A stretch of DNA of 64,000 nucleotides from Holophagales bacterium (GTDB lineage: Bacteria; Acidobacteriota; Thermoanaerobaculia; UBA5066): the NCBI GenBank assembly GCA_016719485.1, contig JADJZB010000002.1, positions 262,346 to 326,345 of the forward strand, in the 5' to 3' direction. Made by a program: the position numbers and the translations under genes. Shown here in pieces: positions 47,595 to 56,791 of this stretch. How positions within the stretch are numbered: position 1 is the stretch's first letter; each line of letters begins with the position of its first letter. A model generated the notes under the pieces. The model ran no database searches. It saw nothing but the letters and a program-made list of their open reading frames with translations, and had not been told where the DNA came from.

Positions 47595-47959
47595 AGACGA
47601 CCGACCGCATCGTGTCGAAACCGTGGGGAAGCGAACGGGTCTTCGCCGCCAACGGAAGATACGCCGGGAAGCTGATCTCCATCCTGTCCGGAGAGACGCT
47701 GTCCTTTCAGTACCACCTCGTGAAGGAAGAGACGATACATGTCCTCGCGGGGACGCTCGGGATGGAGACCGAGATCGAAGGCGAGCGGGTTCTCCTCTCC
47801 CTCGCTCCGGGAGAGACCTTTCACGTCACCCCTGGAACCCGTCACCGGATGTTCGCGGCCGCAGGCGACGTCCTCGTCGTCGAGGTCTCCAGCCCCGAGC
47901 TGGACGATGTCGTCCGGCTCGAAGACCGCTACGGTCGGGAAGGTACGTCGCAGCCATGA
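47591..47959 (+). CDS. Cupin-domain protein (mannose-6-phosphate-isomerase-like small barrel).
   Basis: Two-motif cupin pattern (KPWGSERVF..., SFQYHLVKEETIHVLAGTLGMETEIEG, TFHVTPGTRHRMFAA). ATGA overlap with ptsI. Confidence 0.7.
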   Translation: MKTTDRIVSKPWGSERVFAANGRYAGKLISILSGETLSFQYHLVKEETIHVLAGTLGMETEIEGERVLLSLAPGETFHVTPGTRHRMFAAAGDVLVVEVSSPELDDVVRLEDRYGREGTSQP

Positions 47960-48642
47960 AATATCGTGCGTCACTGGCGATGCTGGCTTCCGCCCTTCTG
48001 GCATCCCTCGTCGTTGCGGGCGCGGAGCCGACCCCGACTCCATCAGGAAAGCCGGCCAGGAAGCTAGGTGGAGGGAGCTTCGGAGTTCCTCCCGCGACGT
48101 CGCCGACCGCCCTCGCCGCAAGGACCGACACCCTGACAGGAGCCGCAGGAAAGACGCAAGTGGAAGGAACGAGCGGAGGGCAGAAATCACCTCGGAGCAT
48201 CGTGATAACGAACGAGTCCCTGAGGTCCGGACCTGCGACACCGACTCCCGCGTCGATCAGCATCACGGGATCGGGAAAAGCCAGGCCCAAAGTCAAGGTG
48301 CCGCCGACACCAACGGTCGGTCCGGTCGTCATTCCCGAGTACCGGGATGCGAGTGGACGTACGGAAGCGGACTGGCGAAGACTCGCGACGATCGCGCGAG
48401 AACGCATCGCAAGTGCGGAATCGGGCTTGTCGGCGGTGCAGGAAGAATCGAAACGCCTCGAGAACGACTTCTACGCGTGGAGTGACGGCAACTACAGGGA
48501 GCGCGTCATCCGTCCAGCGTGGGATCAAGCGAAAGAGAAGCTGCGCCTCCTGGAATTGGAGGCCGATTCTGCGCGAACGCGTCTCGTGGAGCTCGAGGAA
48601 GAGGCGCGGAGAAGCGGGACGCCTCCTGGATGGCTCCGCTGA
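47956..48642 (+). CDS. Hypothetical secreted protein with a Pro/Thr/Ser-rich middle and a coiled-coil-like C-terminus.
   Basis: Signal peptide (MKYRASLAMLASALLASLVVAGA). Low-complexity PT-rich segment, then a charged helical tail (LENDFYAWSDGNYRERV...LELEADSARTRLVELEEEARR). GC is lower than in flanking genes. Confidence 0.5.
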   Translation: MKYRASLAMLASALLASLVVAGAEPTPTPSGKPARKLGGGSFGVPPATSPTALAARTDTLTGAAGKTQVEGTSGGQKSPRSIVITNESLRSGPATPTPASISITGSGKARPKVKVPPTPTVGPVVIPEYRDASGRTEADWRRLATIARERIASAESGLSAVQEESKRLENDFYAWSDGNYRERVIRPAWDQAKEKLRLLELEADSARTRLVELEEEARRSGTPPGWLR

Positions 48643-50045
48643 AAGACGATCCGACGAGCACCGCTCCGGCCAAAGCGCCGGAGCCGGACATACGAAAAGT
48701 CTTCGTCGAGACTTGGGGCTGCCAGATGAACGAGCTGGACAGCCGACGGTTCGTCGGACTGATGTCCAGGGAGGGCTACCTTGAAGTCCCCACTGCCGAC
48801 GAGGCCGACCTCGTCCTGCTGAACACTTGCTCGGTCCGGGACAAGGCCGAACAGAAGGTCTACGACTATCTCGGGCGGATCGCCGCCCGCAAGCGGCTCA
48901 GGCCCGGTCTCCTCCTCGGCGTCTGCGGTTGTGTCGCGCAACAGGAAGGGGAGGAGATCCTCCGGCGCTCACCCGCCGTCGACTTCGTGCTCGGGACCGG
49001 GAGGATCGAGCTCCTCCCGGCGATCGTCCGAAGGGTCGAGAAGGAAGGCGACCGGCCCGTGGAAGTCGGCTTCGACATGGACGAGGTCGCCTACACGCCC
49101 GGGGCGGTCGCGCGAACGGTTGCCCATCGCGCTTCCATCACGATCATCGAAGGGTGCAACAAGAACTGCACCTTCTGTGTGGTTCCCATGACCCGCGGCC
49201 GCGAACGCAACCGCCGAATGGCCGAGATCGTCGAGGAATGCCGGCGTCTCGTCGGCGATGGGGTCGTCGAGATCGAGCTGCTTGGTCAGACGGTAAACGC
49301 CTATTCAGACCCGGTGACAGGGCAGGGGCTCGCGCCGCTCCTGAGGGCGATCTCCGCCATCAGCGGTCTCCGCAGGCTCCGATTCGTAACGTCGCACCCA
49401 AGGAACTTCGACGATGACCTGATCGCCGCGATGGCCGGGAGCGAAGTCGTCTGCCCGGCGCTCCATCTGCCATTCCAGTCGGGCAGCGATCGGATTCTCG
49501 GCCGGATGAAACGCCAGTACACGCGGAACGGATACCTCGACCTCGTCGGTAGACTCCGCGCGGCCATCCCGGGAATCGCAATGTCGACGGACATCATCAT
49601 CGGGTTCCCAGGAGAGACGGAAGAGGACTTCGCGGCGACCATCGGCGTTCTCGATGCGGTCCGCTTCTCATCGGTGTTCTGCTTCACCTACTCGCCCCGG
49701 CCCCGCACGGCAGCGGCTCGATGGGAACAGGACGTCCCGGTCCCTGTGGCACAGGAGCGCCTCGCCCGGCTCAACGACTACCAGCAGGCGCTTCAGCTCC
49801 AGGCCAACGAGGCGATCGTCGGCGGCGTCCTCGAGGTGCTCGTCGAGGGCAGTGACAGGACCGGTCAGCGGGTTACGGGTCGATCTCCATTCAACCACCT
49901 CGTCCACATCGAAGGTATTCCCGGGACTCCCGCCGGGACCTTCGTGCGAGCCGTGGTCGAAAAGGGCCTCTCCAATTCCCTCCTGGCCCGGCCCCTTCGC
50001 CTGGTTCGCCCATCCGAAACGAGCGGCACGAGCGCCGCGTCTTGA
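48630..50045 (+). CDS. miaB: tRNA-2-methylthio-N6-dimethylallyladenosine synthase.
   Basis: MTTase N-terminal domain (VFVETWGCQMNELDS, NTCSVRDKAEQK), radical-SAM CxxxCxxC (CNKNCTFC), and a TRAM domain. Confidence 0.9.
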   Translation: MAPLKDDPTSTAPAKAPEPDIRKVFVETWGCQMNELDSRRFVGLMSREGYLEVPTADEADLVLLNTCSVRDKAEQKVYDYLGRIAARKRLRPGLLLGVCGCVAQQEGEEILRRSPAVDFVLGTGRIELLPAIVRRVEKEGDRPVEVGFDMDEVAYTPGAVARTVAHRASITIIEGCNKNCTFCVVPMTRGRERNRRMAEIVEECRRLVGDGVVEIELLGQTVNAYSDPVTGQGLAPLLRAISAISGLRRLRFVTSHPRNFDDDLIAAMAGSEVVCPALHLPFQSGSDRILGRMKRQYTRNGYLDLVGRLRAAIPGIAMSTDIIIGFPGETEEDFAATIGVLDAVRFSSVFCFTYSPRPRTAAARWEQDVPVPVAQERLARLNDYQQALQLQANEAIVGGVLEVLVEGSDRTGQRVTGRSPFNHLVHIEGIPGTPAGTFVRAVVEKGLSNSLLARPLRLVRPSETSGTSAAS

Positions 50046-50091
50046 ATCGCGTCCCTGAGCTTTTCAGATTCGGTGGGGAAGGGGTGTCGTC

Positions 50092-50577
50092 GTGCTCGTA
50101 AGAATGAACGTCAAGGCGCTGATCGTCGACCCCGTTGCGAACATGCCCGTCGTCATCCTGCGCGATGCCGACGACAGAAGCTTCCTCCCGATCTGGGTCG
50201 GCGTATTCGAGGCGAACGCAATCGCCCTTCAGCTCGAAGGCGTCAAGACGCCCCGGCCACTGACGCACGACTTACTCAAGGAGACGATTTCGTCTCTGGA
50301 TGCGGTCGTCGATCTTGTCGTCATCACGAGGCTGCACGAGAACACGTTCTTCGCGGAAATCCACCTCGTTGCCGGCGGACGCACCGTCATCGTCGACAGC
50401 CGCCCGTCAGATGCCATCGCCCTGGCGCTCCGGACATCCTCGCCCGTTTTCGTCGCGGAGGAGGTCCTGGAGATGAGCCGGGCGCAGGACGCTTCCGAAG
50501 AGGCGCAGAGCCATGAGCGCCTTCGGAAGTGGTTCGAAGAAGCCGATCCGGAATCTCTCGGAAAGTACAAGATGTGA
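50092..50577 (+). CDS. Bifunctional nuclease family protein (DUF151/BFN).
   Basis: VVILRDADDRSFLPIWVGVFEANAIALQLEGVKTPRPLTHDLL matches the DUF151 core. The start could instead be the ATG at 50104. Confidence 0.7.
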   Translation: MLVRMNVKALIVDPVANMPVVILRDADDRSFLPIWVGVFEANAIALQLEGVKTPRPLTHDLLKETISSLDAVVDLVVITRLHENTFFAEIHLVAGGRTVIVDSRPSDAIALALRTSSPVFVAEEVLEMSRAQDASEEAQSHERLRKWFEEADPESLGKYKM

Positions 50578-50655
50578 CGCCTCTCGGGCGCGCGCGGCAG
50601 ACGGCCCGGTGATGCTGGCGCCAAGCCATTCGCAGAGAAAGAGTTCCTCTTCACC

Positions 50656-50683
50656 TTGAGAACCGGCGCTCCAGCCCGTATCC
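50656..50683 (+). promoter_or_regulatory. Candidate sigma-70-type promoter for parAB.
   Basis: TTGAGA, then a 16-nt spacer, then TATCCT. Located about 13 nt upstream of the parA ATG region. Confidence 0.3.
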
Positions 50684-50695
50684 TCGCCAGCTCCC

Positions 50696-51451
50696 ATGAT
50701 TATCGCGGTCACAAACCAGAAGGGCGGAGTGGGCAAGACGACGACAGCGATCAACGTCGCCGCGGCACTCGCCCAGAAGAAGCTCCGCACCCTCCTCGTC
50801 GATCTGGATCCTCAGGGTAACTCAACGATGTCCTATATCGATCGCCGGACGATCGGCGCATCGATGTACGAGGTTCTCGTCGACCCCGAAGTTCCCATCT
50901 CCTCCGTCATTAGAGAGACGAACTTCCCGGGCCTCTGGGTGGCCCCCGCGAAGATCTCTCTCGCGAAAGTCGAGTCTAAGCTGATAGGGGAGATCGACGG
51001 CCACTACCGCCTCAAGGACAAGATGGCCGAGGTTGCGTCAGCCTACGACGCCATTCTCATCGACACACCCCCTACCCTCGGCATGATCACCGTCAATGCG
51101 ATGGTCGCAGCCAGCCACATCATCATCCCGATTCAGTCCTCCTACTTCGCACTCGAAGGTACCGACGACCTCCTCGAGACCATCGAGAAGATCAAGAGTC
51201 GCCCCAATCCAAGCCTCCAGATTCTGGGCGTCGTGATCACGCTTCACGATCGCCGGACGGTCCTCGGCCGAGACATCCAGAAGCAGATAGACACCGTTTT
51301 TCAGGGCAAGCTCTTCAAGACGACGGTGTCGAAATCGATTCGCCTGGAGGAGTCGCCGGCGTACCGAGAATCCATCTTCACCTTCGCTCCAAGATCTACC
51401 GGCGCTTCCGAGTACTACAGCCTTACTGAGGAGATACTGGAACGTGTCTAA
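50696..51451 (+). CDS. parA: Chromosome partitioning ATPase ParA/Soj.
   Basis: Deviant Walker A (NQKGGVGKTTTAINV). The rest of the protein matches the ParA family along its length. Confidence 0.9.
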   Translation: MIIAVTNQKGGVGKTTTAINVAAALAQKKLRTLLVDLDPQGNSTMSYIDRRTIGASMYEVLVDPEVPISSVIRETNFPGLWVAPAKISLAKVESKLIGEIDGHYRLKDKMAEVASAYDAILIDTPPTLGMITVNAMVAASHIIIPIQSSYFALEGTDDLLETIEKIKSRPNPSLQILGVVITLHDRRTVLGRDIQKQIDTVFQGKLFKTTVSKSIRLEESPAYRESIFTFAPRSTGASEYYSLTEEILERV

Positions 51452-52379
51452 GCGCCGAGGGCTCCCCGAAACATCCCGGATGCGCCACGAGCCCCACTTC
51501 GTCGACCAGCTCTTCAGCGGTGAGGAGATCTCGGTCGGGCGTCGGATAGCCATGAACATCATCGAGGCAAATCCGGACCAGCCTCGAAGCATCCTCGGAG
51601 ACCTGAGCGATCTGAAGGCCTCAATCGAAGCGAAGGGGGTCTTGGAGCCCATTCTCGTCCGGCCCAGGGAAGATGGCCGCTACACGATCATCTCGGGCGA
51701 ACGGCGCTTTCGGGCCGCCATGGAGGCCGGACTCAGCGATATCCCTTGTATCGTGCTTGACGTCAGCGACGCCGAGGTTCTCGAAATCGCCCTCATCGAG
51801 AACCTCCAGAGGAAGGATCTGAGTCCTCTGGAGGAAGCCGACGGGTACCTCACGCTTCAGGAGAAACACGGATACACGCACGAGCAGATCGCTCGCGCCG
51901 TCGGGAAGTCGCGCGTTACGATCACGGAGACTCTCTCACTCGCTCGTCTCCCTCTTCGTGTCAAGGATGAATGTCGGCGCGCCGACATTCGCTCCAAGTC
52001 GTTCCTCCTCGAGGTGGGCCGCCTGCCAACGGAGCCCGCAATGCTCGACGCCATTCTCGCGTTCGGTAGCGAGGCGGGAGTCGGAAGGGACGCCGTGCGC
52101 TCAGCTCGCCGCGACGTGGAGTCCGGCGAACCTAGCCGCTTTCGTAGTCTCAGGAAGGCCTACGAACTGAACTTCCAACCCCCCAACGCCGAGTACGCCG
52201 TCAGCCTGGTCTTTCGAGGCAGTGCCACAGACCGGGGTGAGATTCTCGAATCGCTTCGTAGCCTCCTGCGCAAGATCGAGACGGGGGAGTTGAACCTCGA
52301 AGACCACGGGCGCTTCCTGAAGACTGCGTCACCGAAGGCAGTCACGGATGGCACCCCGCAAGGTCCGGCCCCGCGCTGA
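51444..52379 (+). CDS. parB: Chromosome partitioning protein ParB/Spo0J.
   Basis: ParB N-terminal box (ILVRPREDGRYTIISGERRFRAA) and HTH (HEQIARAVGKSRVTITETLSLARL). Overlaps the parA end. Confidence 0.85.
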   Translation: MSKRRGLPETSRMRHEPHFVDQLFSGEEISVGRRIAMNIIEANPDQPRSILGDLSDLKASIEAKGVLEPILVRPREDGRYTIISGERRFRAAMEAGLSDIPCIVLDVSDAEVLEIALIENLQRKDLSPLEEADGYLTLQEKHGYTHEQIARAVGKSRVTITETLSLARLPLRVKDECRRADIRSKSFLLEVGRLPTEPAMLDAILAFGSEAGVGRDAVRSARRDVESGEPSRFRSLRKAYELNFQPPNAEYAVSLVFRGSATDRGEILESLRSLLRKIETGELNLEDHGRFLKTASPKAVTDGTPQGPAPR

Positions 52380-52589
52380 GCCGTCCGTACCGGAGAGTCG
52401 AGGAGCGGCCCTTCGTCCGAGTCTCGTTCGGGCTTAGGAAGGGATAAGGGATCCTTCAGTTGACGAGAGGGCCTTCAATAATCCACTAATCGAGAATCGC
52501 TGTTCCGAAGGAAATTCGGAAGAGTCTTCGTACTATTTAACATAATATTTCTTATCGGACGTTGCGATAGGGGCCGACCCAGCTAGAAT

Positions 52590-54977
52590 GTGCCGCCAGA
52601 GTCGTTCCTTTCAGGAATCGCAGACCCGGTCTCCTCAATGAAACTGACCGACCGCTACATTCTTCGTGAGGTCTTCGCTCCGACGGCGGTGGCCTTCGTG
52701 ATCTACACCGGCTTCATGCTGATCCGGGGGCTCGTCCAGTTCAGCGACCTTCTGCTTCAGAGCTCGGATCCTTTCTGGGACATGGGACGGGTCCTCGCGT
52801 TCTCGACCCCGCACATCGTCGTCCTCACCCTGCCGATCGCATTCCTTCTCGGAATTCTCGTCGGCGTCGGGCGCCTCAGCCAGGATTCCGAGCTCGTCGC
52901 TCTCCGTGCGGCAGGTGTGGATCTCTTATCCCTTTACCGCCCGATCGCCGTTCTGGCCGTCGCGTTCACTCTCGTGACCGGGCTCGTGATGACGAGCGTC
53001 GTCCCGTGGACGAACCGGATCCTGTACGGAATGAAGCTCCAGCTTTCCACCTTCGCGATCGCCCAACGCATCCAGCCAGGAGTCTTCAGCCCGGAGTTTG
53101 CGGGACGCCGGATCTACGTCGAGCGGGCGTCGCCGGACCGCAGGACGCTCGAGGGGCTCATCCTCACGGACAACTCGAATCCGGCGGACGGCGAACGGCT
53201 GACTCTCGCGCGTACAGGCTCTCTCGAGCTGGAGGAATCCGAAGGACGTCTCTGGCTCCGGCTCGAGGACGCGGTGACGCACCACACGGCGGTGGATGCA
53301 CGGGGATACGACCGGGCCAGCTATCGGACCCAGAGAGTCCTTCTCGACGACACGAACCCGAAGGAACGATTCGCCAAGACGAGACCCGACAAGCAGTTGC
53401 GGGAAATGACCCTCGGGGAGCTCATCCATCGTGCGAGGACGACCAAGGACGGCGCGCTGGCTCGCCTCTCCTGGGTCGAGGTTCACAAGAAGTTCTCCTT
53501 CCCCGCCGCTTGCCTCGTTTTCGGTCTGATCGGCTTGCCGTTGGGGGTCGTGAATCGCCGTGGCGGACGGGCCGCCGGATTCGCGGTCTCGGCGGCGATC
53601 GTTCTCGCCTATTACATCCTCTACGCCTCCGGTGAGTCCCGCGCCGTCAAGGGGACGATCTCGCCAGCCGTGGCGATGTGGCTGCCGAACGCTCTCCTCC
53701 TGGCGCTGGGCCTCTATTCCATCCGGCGAATCCGGCACGACCGGACCCTTTTCGAGGGGACTGTTTTCGGCGCCCCGAAGGCGCTTCTCGATCGAATCCT
53801 CGCCCGCCATTCAACGGATCGGGGAGCAGGAAGCACCCCGTCGATCGGAGGGCCCGAAAGGGGGACTCCGGGCAGTAGAGGTGTCACGCGGGCGTGGCTC
53901 GTCGATCGCTACGTCGCTACGCGATTCCTCCAGCTTTTCGCTCTCGTCCTTGCCTCGATCCTCTCTCTCTACATCCTCATCGAGTATCTCGAGATCTCGA
54001 ACGACATCGCCAGGGTCCGGCCGCCGGTTTCGGCGATCCTCGGGTACTTCCAGGCGAAAATGGCCCCGATCCTCGTCGACGTCGTTCCCCTGGCGTTCGC
54101 AGCCGCGGCACTGATCGCGGTGGCCGGGCTCGTCCGATCGTCGGAGTCGACGGCGCTCCTCGCCCACGGTATCTCCCTGCTTCGTTCCACGGCCTCGATA
54201 CTCCTCCTCGCGATCCTGGTGGGAGGCGGGCTCCTGGCGTTTTCCGAGACCATGGTTCCGAAGGCCGCAGCCGAAGCCGAGCGTCTTCGGAACGTCCTAC
54301 TCGGTAAGCCGGCGGCCGCGGTTTCCGACGCCTGGCGGTCCTTCCTCCGGGGAGAAGGCGGCCGGTTCTACTCGGCCCAGACGTGGGACACGCGATCCTC
54401 CGCCGTTACAGGGGTCACGGTCTTCGAGGTGGATCCGGCTTCCTTTCGCCTCGCTCGGAAGTCCTATGGTGCACGCGGCCGGATCGTTCCCGGCAAGGGC
54501 ATCGTTCTCGCCGACGGCTGGACTCGCACGTTTGGCGAGGACGGCGAATCCCTCTTTCTGAAGCAGTCCGGCACGTCGTTCGTCGATGCTCCCGAGGCCG
54601 CGAGGACGTTCCTGGCGGGACGGGCCGACCCGAGACAGATGAGCAGCCTGGAGCTCGGCCGTTTCATCCGGATTCGCCGAAAGGCGGGCGCCGACGTCTC
54701 CGCCATCTCGACCGGCCTCTACCAGAAGAGCTCCGTTACGCTGGCTCCGTTGCTCCTGACGCTCGTCGGGCTCCCCTTCGCTTTTCGACACGGGAAGAAG
54801 GGCGCTGTCGCAGGGATCGGAATCGCCCTGCTCCTCGGCCTCGCCTATCTGGTCCTGGGTGCGGCCCTGGTCAAGGGTGGAGAGACTGGCTCCCTTCCTC
54901 CGCTCCTCGCGGCATGGGGAGCCAATCTCTTCTTCTCCCTCGGGGCTGGTTGGGGACTGCTCGGAATCCGGACCTGA
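52590..54977 (+). CDS. Fused LPS export permease LptF-LptG (two YjgP/YjgQ domains in one ORF).
   Basis: The first domain begins MKLTDRYILREVF (ATG 52638 is the probable true start). The second domain begins ...TRAWLVDRYVATRFLQLFALVL.... There is no in-frame stop between the two; each half has 6 TM segments and a periplasmic loop. Confidence 0.7.
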   Translation: MPPESFLSGIADPVSSMKLTDRYILREVFAPTAVAFVIYTGFMLIRGLVQFSDLLLQSSDPFWDMGRVLAFSTPHIVVLTLPIAFLLGILVGVGRLSQDSELVALRAAGVDLLSLYRPIAVLAVAFTLVTGLVMTSVVPWTNRILYGMKLQLSTFAIAQRIQPGVFSPEFAGRRIYVERASPDRRTLEGLILTDNSNPADGERLTLARTGSLELEESEGRLWLRLEDAVTHHTAVDARGYDRASYRTQRVLLDDTNPKERFAKTRPDKQLREMTLGELIHRARTTKDGALARLSWVEVHKKFSFPAACLVFGLIGLPLGVVNRRGGRAAGFAVSAAIVLAYYILYASGESRAVKGTISPAVAMWLPNALLLALGLYSIRRIRHDRTLFEGTVFGAPKALLDRILARHSTDRGAGSTPSIGGPERGTPGSRGVTRAWLVDRYVATRFLQLFALVLASILSLYILIEYLEISNDIARVRPPVSAILGYFQAKMAPILVDVVPLAFAAAALIAVAGLVRSSESTALLAHGISLLRSTASILLLAILVGGGLLAFSETMVPKAAAEAERLRNVLLGKPAAAVSDAWRSFLRGEGGRFYSAQTWDTRSSAVTGVTVFEVDPASFRLARKSYGARGRIVPGKGIVLADGWTRTFGEDGESLFLKQSGTSFVDAPEAARTFLAGRADPRQMSSLELGRFIRIRRKAGADVSAISTGLYQKSSVTLAPLLLTLVGLPFAFRHGKKGAVAGIGIALLLGLAYLVLGAALVKGGETGSLPPLLAAWGANLFFSLGAGWGLLGIRT

Positions 54978-54981
54978 ACCG

Positions 54982-56148
54982 TCAGGCTCCGGCCGGAACC
55001 GCCAAGCCCGCCGCCTTCGCGAGAGGTTCGGCCAGATCGGTCCGCTCCCACGTGAATTCCGGGAGGTTCCGTCCGAAGTGACCGTAGGACGCCGTCTTCC
55101 GGAAGATCGGCCGCTTCAGGTCGAGGTACTCGATGATCCCCTTCGGCGTCAGCTTGAAGTGCTCCCGAACGAGCCCCGGAAGGGTCGTCGGATCGACCTT
55201 CTCCGTACCGAAGGTCTCGACGAAGACCGAGACGGGGTCCGCGACGCCGATGGCGTAGGCGAGCTGGACCTCGACCCGGTCGGCGAGTCCGGCCGCGACG
55301 AGGTTCTTCGCGATGTAGCGGGCCATGTAGGACGCGGAGCGGTCGACTTTCGTCGCGTCCTTCCCGGAGAACGCTCCCCCGCCGTGCCGGCCCATTCCAC
55401 CGTACGTATCGACGATGATCTTCCGGCCGGTCAGCCCCGTGTCGCCCTGCGGCCCGCCGATGACGAACCGGCCCGTCGGGTTGATGTGGAACTTCGTCCG
55501 GTCGTCGAGGAGCTCCGCAGGGACGACCCTCTTGATGACCTCCTCGCGGATGGCCTCTCGCAGCTCGCTGATCGGGACCGTCTCGGCGTGCTGGGTCGAA
55601 ACGACGACCGCGTCGACCCGAACCGGGCGGCTCCCCTCGTATTCCACGGTCACCTGGCTCTTCCCGTCCGGCCGCAGCCACTCCAGGTCGTGCGACTTCC
55701 GCGCCTCGGCGAGACGCATCGTCAGCTTGTGCGCGAGGGTGATCGGGAGGGGCATCAACTCTTCGGTCTCGCGCACCGCGAAGCCGAACATCAGCCCCTG
55801 GTCACCCGCGCCGCCCGGGTCGACGCCCATCGCGATGTCGGGCGACTGCTTGTCGATCGAGGAGAGAACGGCGCACGTCTGGTAGTCGAAGCCGTACTTC
55901 GCGCGCGTGTAACCGACGTCGCGGATGGTCTCGCGGACGACCTTCGGGATGTCGACGTACGTCCGGGTGGTGATCTCGCCGGCGATGAATGCTGTCCCGG
56001 TCGTGACGAGAGTTTCGCAGGCGACACGCCCGTCCGGGTCGTCGGTGAGGATCGCGTCGAGGATCCCGTCGGAGATCTGGTCGGCGATCTTGTCGGGGTG
56101 CCCCTCGGTGACGGACTCGGACGTGAAGAGCGTGCGCGGAAGCGCCAT
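54982..56148 (-). CDS. metK: S-adenosylmethionine synthetase.
   Basis: [27 protein letters not shown]..., [12 protein letters not shown], and [19 protein letters not shown] are the canonical MetK motifs. Start at the internal ATG (56148-56146) rather than the far-upstream ATG. Confidence 0.9.
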   Translation of the reverse strand: MALPRTLFTSESVTEGHPDKIADQISDGILDAILTDDPDGRVACETLVTTGTAFIAGEITTRTYVDIPKVVRETIRDVGYTRAKYGFDYQTCAVLSSIDKQSPDIAMGVDPGGAGDQGLMFGFAVRETEELMPLPITLAHKLTMRLAEARKSHDLEWLRPDGKSQVTVEYEGSRPVRVDAVVVSTQHAETVPISELREAIREEVIKRVVPAELLDDRTKFHINPTGRFVIGGPQGDTGLTGRKIIVDTYGGMGRHGGGAFSGKDATKVDRSASYMARYIAKNLVAAGLADRVEVQLAYAIGVADPVSVFVETFGTEKVDPTTLPGLVREHFKLTPKGIIEYLDLKRPIFRKTASYGHFGRNLPEFTWERTDLAEPLAKAAGLAVPAGA

Positions 56149-56200
56149 ATCTCGTTCTCTCCCTGTTTCGCCTCTGTCGCAGAGGCATCGACTCTTTATC

Positions 56201-56791
56201 TTATGAGCAGCGTACGGTCGGGTCAATGCTGCTCGGGGAGCCTGTCGGCTCCGCGGGTTCGGGCGCGCGATTCCGGTAGATGTGGAGCGCCGTCGTACCG
56301 TAAAGCCGGACAGCCGCTTCCACGGGCGATCCCGGCCAGGGATTCTCCGCGCTCCCCCGCTCCACCACGAACGTCCCACCCGGAGCCAGCGTCTTCCAGA
56401 GGCCATCCAGCTCGCCGGTGACCGGATCGGCCCAGGGCGGGTCGAAGAAGACGACGTCGAAACATCCCGGGCGATCGAGCCGAAGAAAGCCCGCTACCGT
56501 TCGCGCGAAGACCCGAACACCGTCCGTCCGTCCGAGCGCGGAGGCATTCGCCTCGAGGATCGTCGCCGTGCGCCGGTTGGATTCGACGAAGACGACCTCC
56601 CTGGCACCTCGCGACAGAGCCTCGAACCCGAGAGCCCCGGAACCGGCGGCCGCGTCCAGGACCCTCGCTCCGCGTACGTCCTCGCCGAGAATGCTGAAGA
56701 GGGCCTCCCGCGCCCGTTCCGTCGTGGGCCTCACGCCGGGCCCGACCGCCAGACGCCGGCCCCGAAACTCCCCCGCCACGATCCGAATCAT
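56201..56791 (-). CDS. rsmD: 16S rRNA (guanine966-N2)-methyltransferase.
   Basis: [35 protein letters not shown]..., [19 protein letters not shown], and the DPPW motif ([10 protein letters not shown]). Confidence 0.85.
   Translation of the reverse strand: MIRIVAGEFRGRRLAVGPGVRPTTERAREALFSILGEDVRGARVLDAAAGSGALGFEALSRGAREVVFVESNRRTATILEANASALGRTDGVRVFARTVAGFLRLDRPGCFDVVFFDPPWADPVTGELDGLWKTLAPGGTFVVERGSAENPWPGSPVEAAVRLYGTTALHIYRNRAPEPAEPTGSPSSIDPTVRCS

Noticed and set aside
50046-50091. Possible terminator after miaB.
   Set aside because: No convincing stem-loop or U-tract was found in the 46-nt gap.
52380-52589. Search for a parS centromere site or oriC-like DnaA boxes in the AT-rich gap after parB.
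   Set aside because: There is no match to the parS consensus (TGTTTCACGTGAAACA) or clustered TTATCCACA boxes. It is treated as an ordinary promoter region for lptFG.
56149-56200. Possible SAM riboswitch upstream of metK (hairpin GCCTCTG-cga-CAGAGGC on the minus strand).
   Set aside because: The rsmD-metK intergenic region is only about 52 nt, too short for SAM-I/II aptamers, and no consensus aptamer motifs were recognised. It is more likely a simple hairpin or terminator for rsmD.
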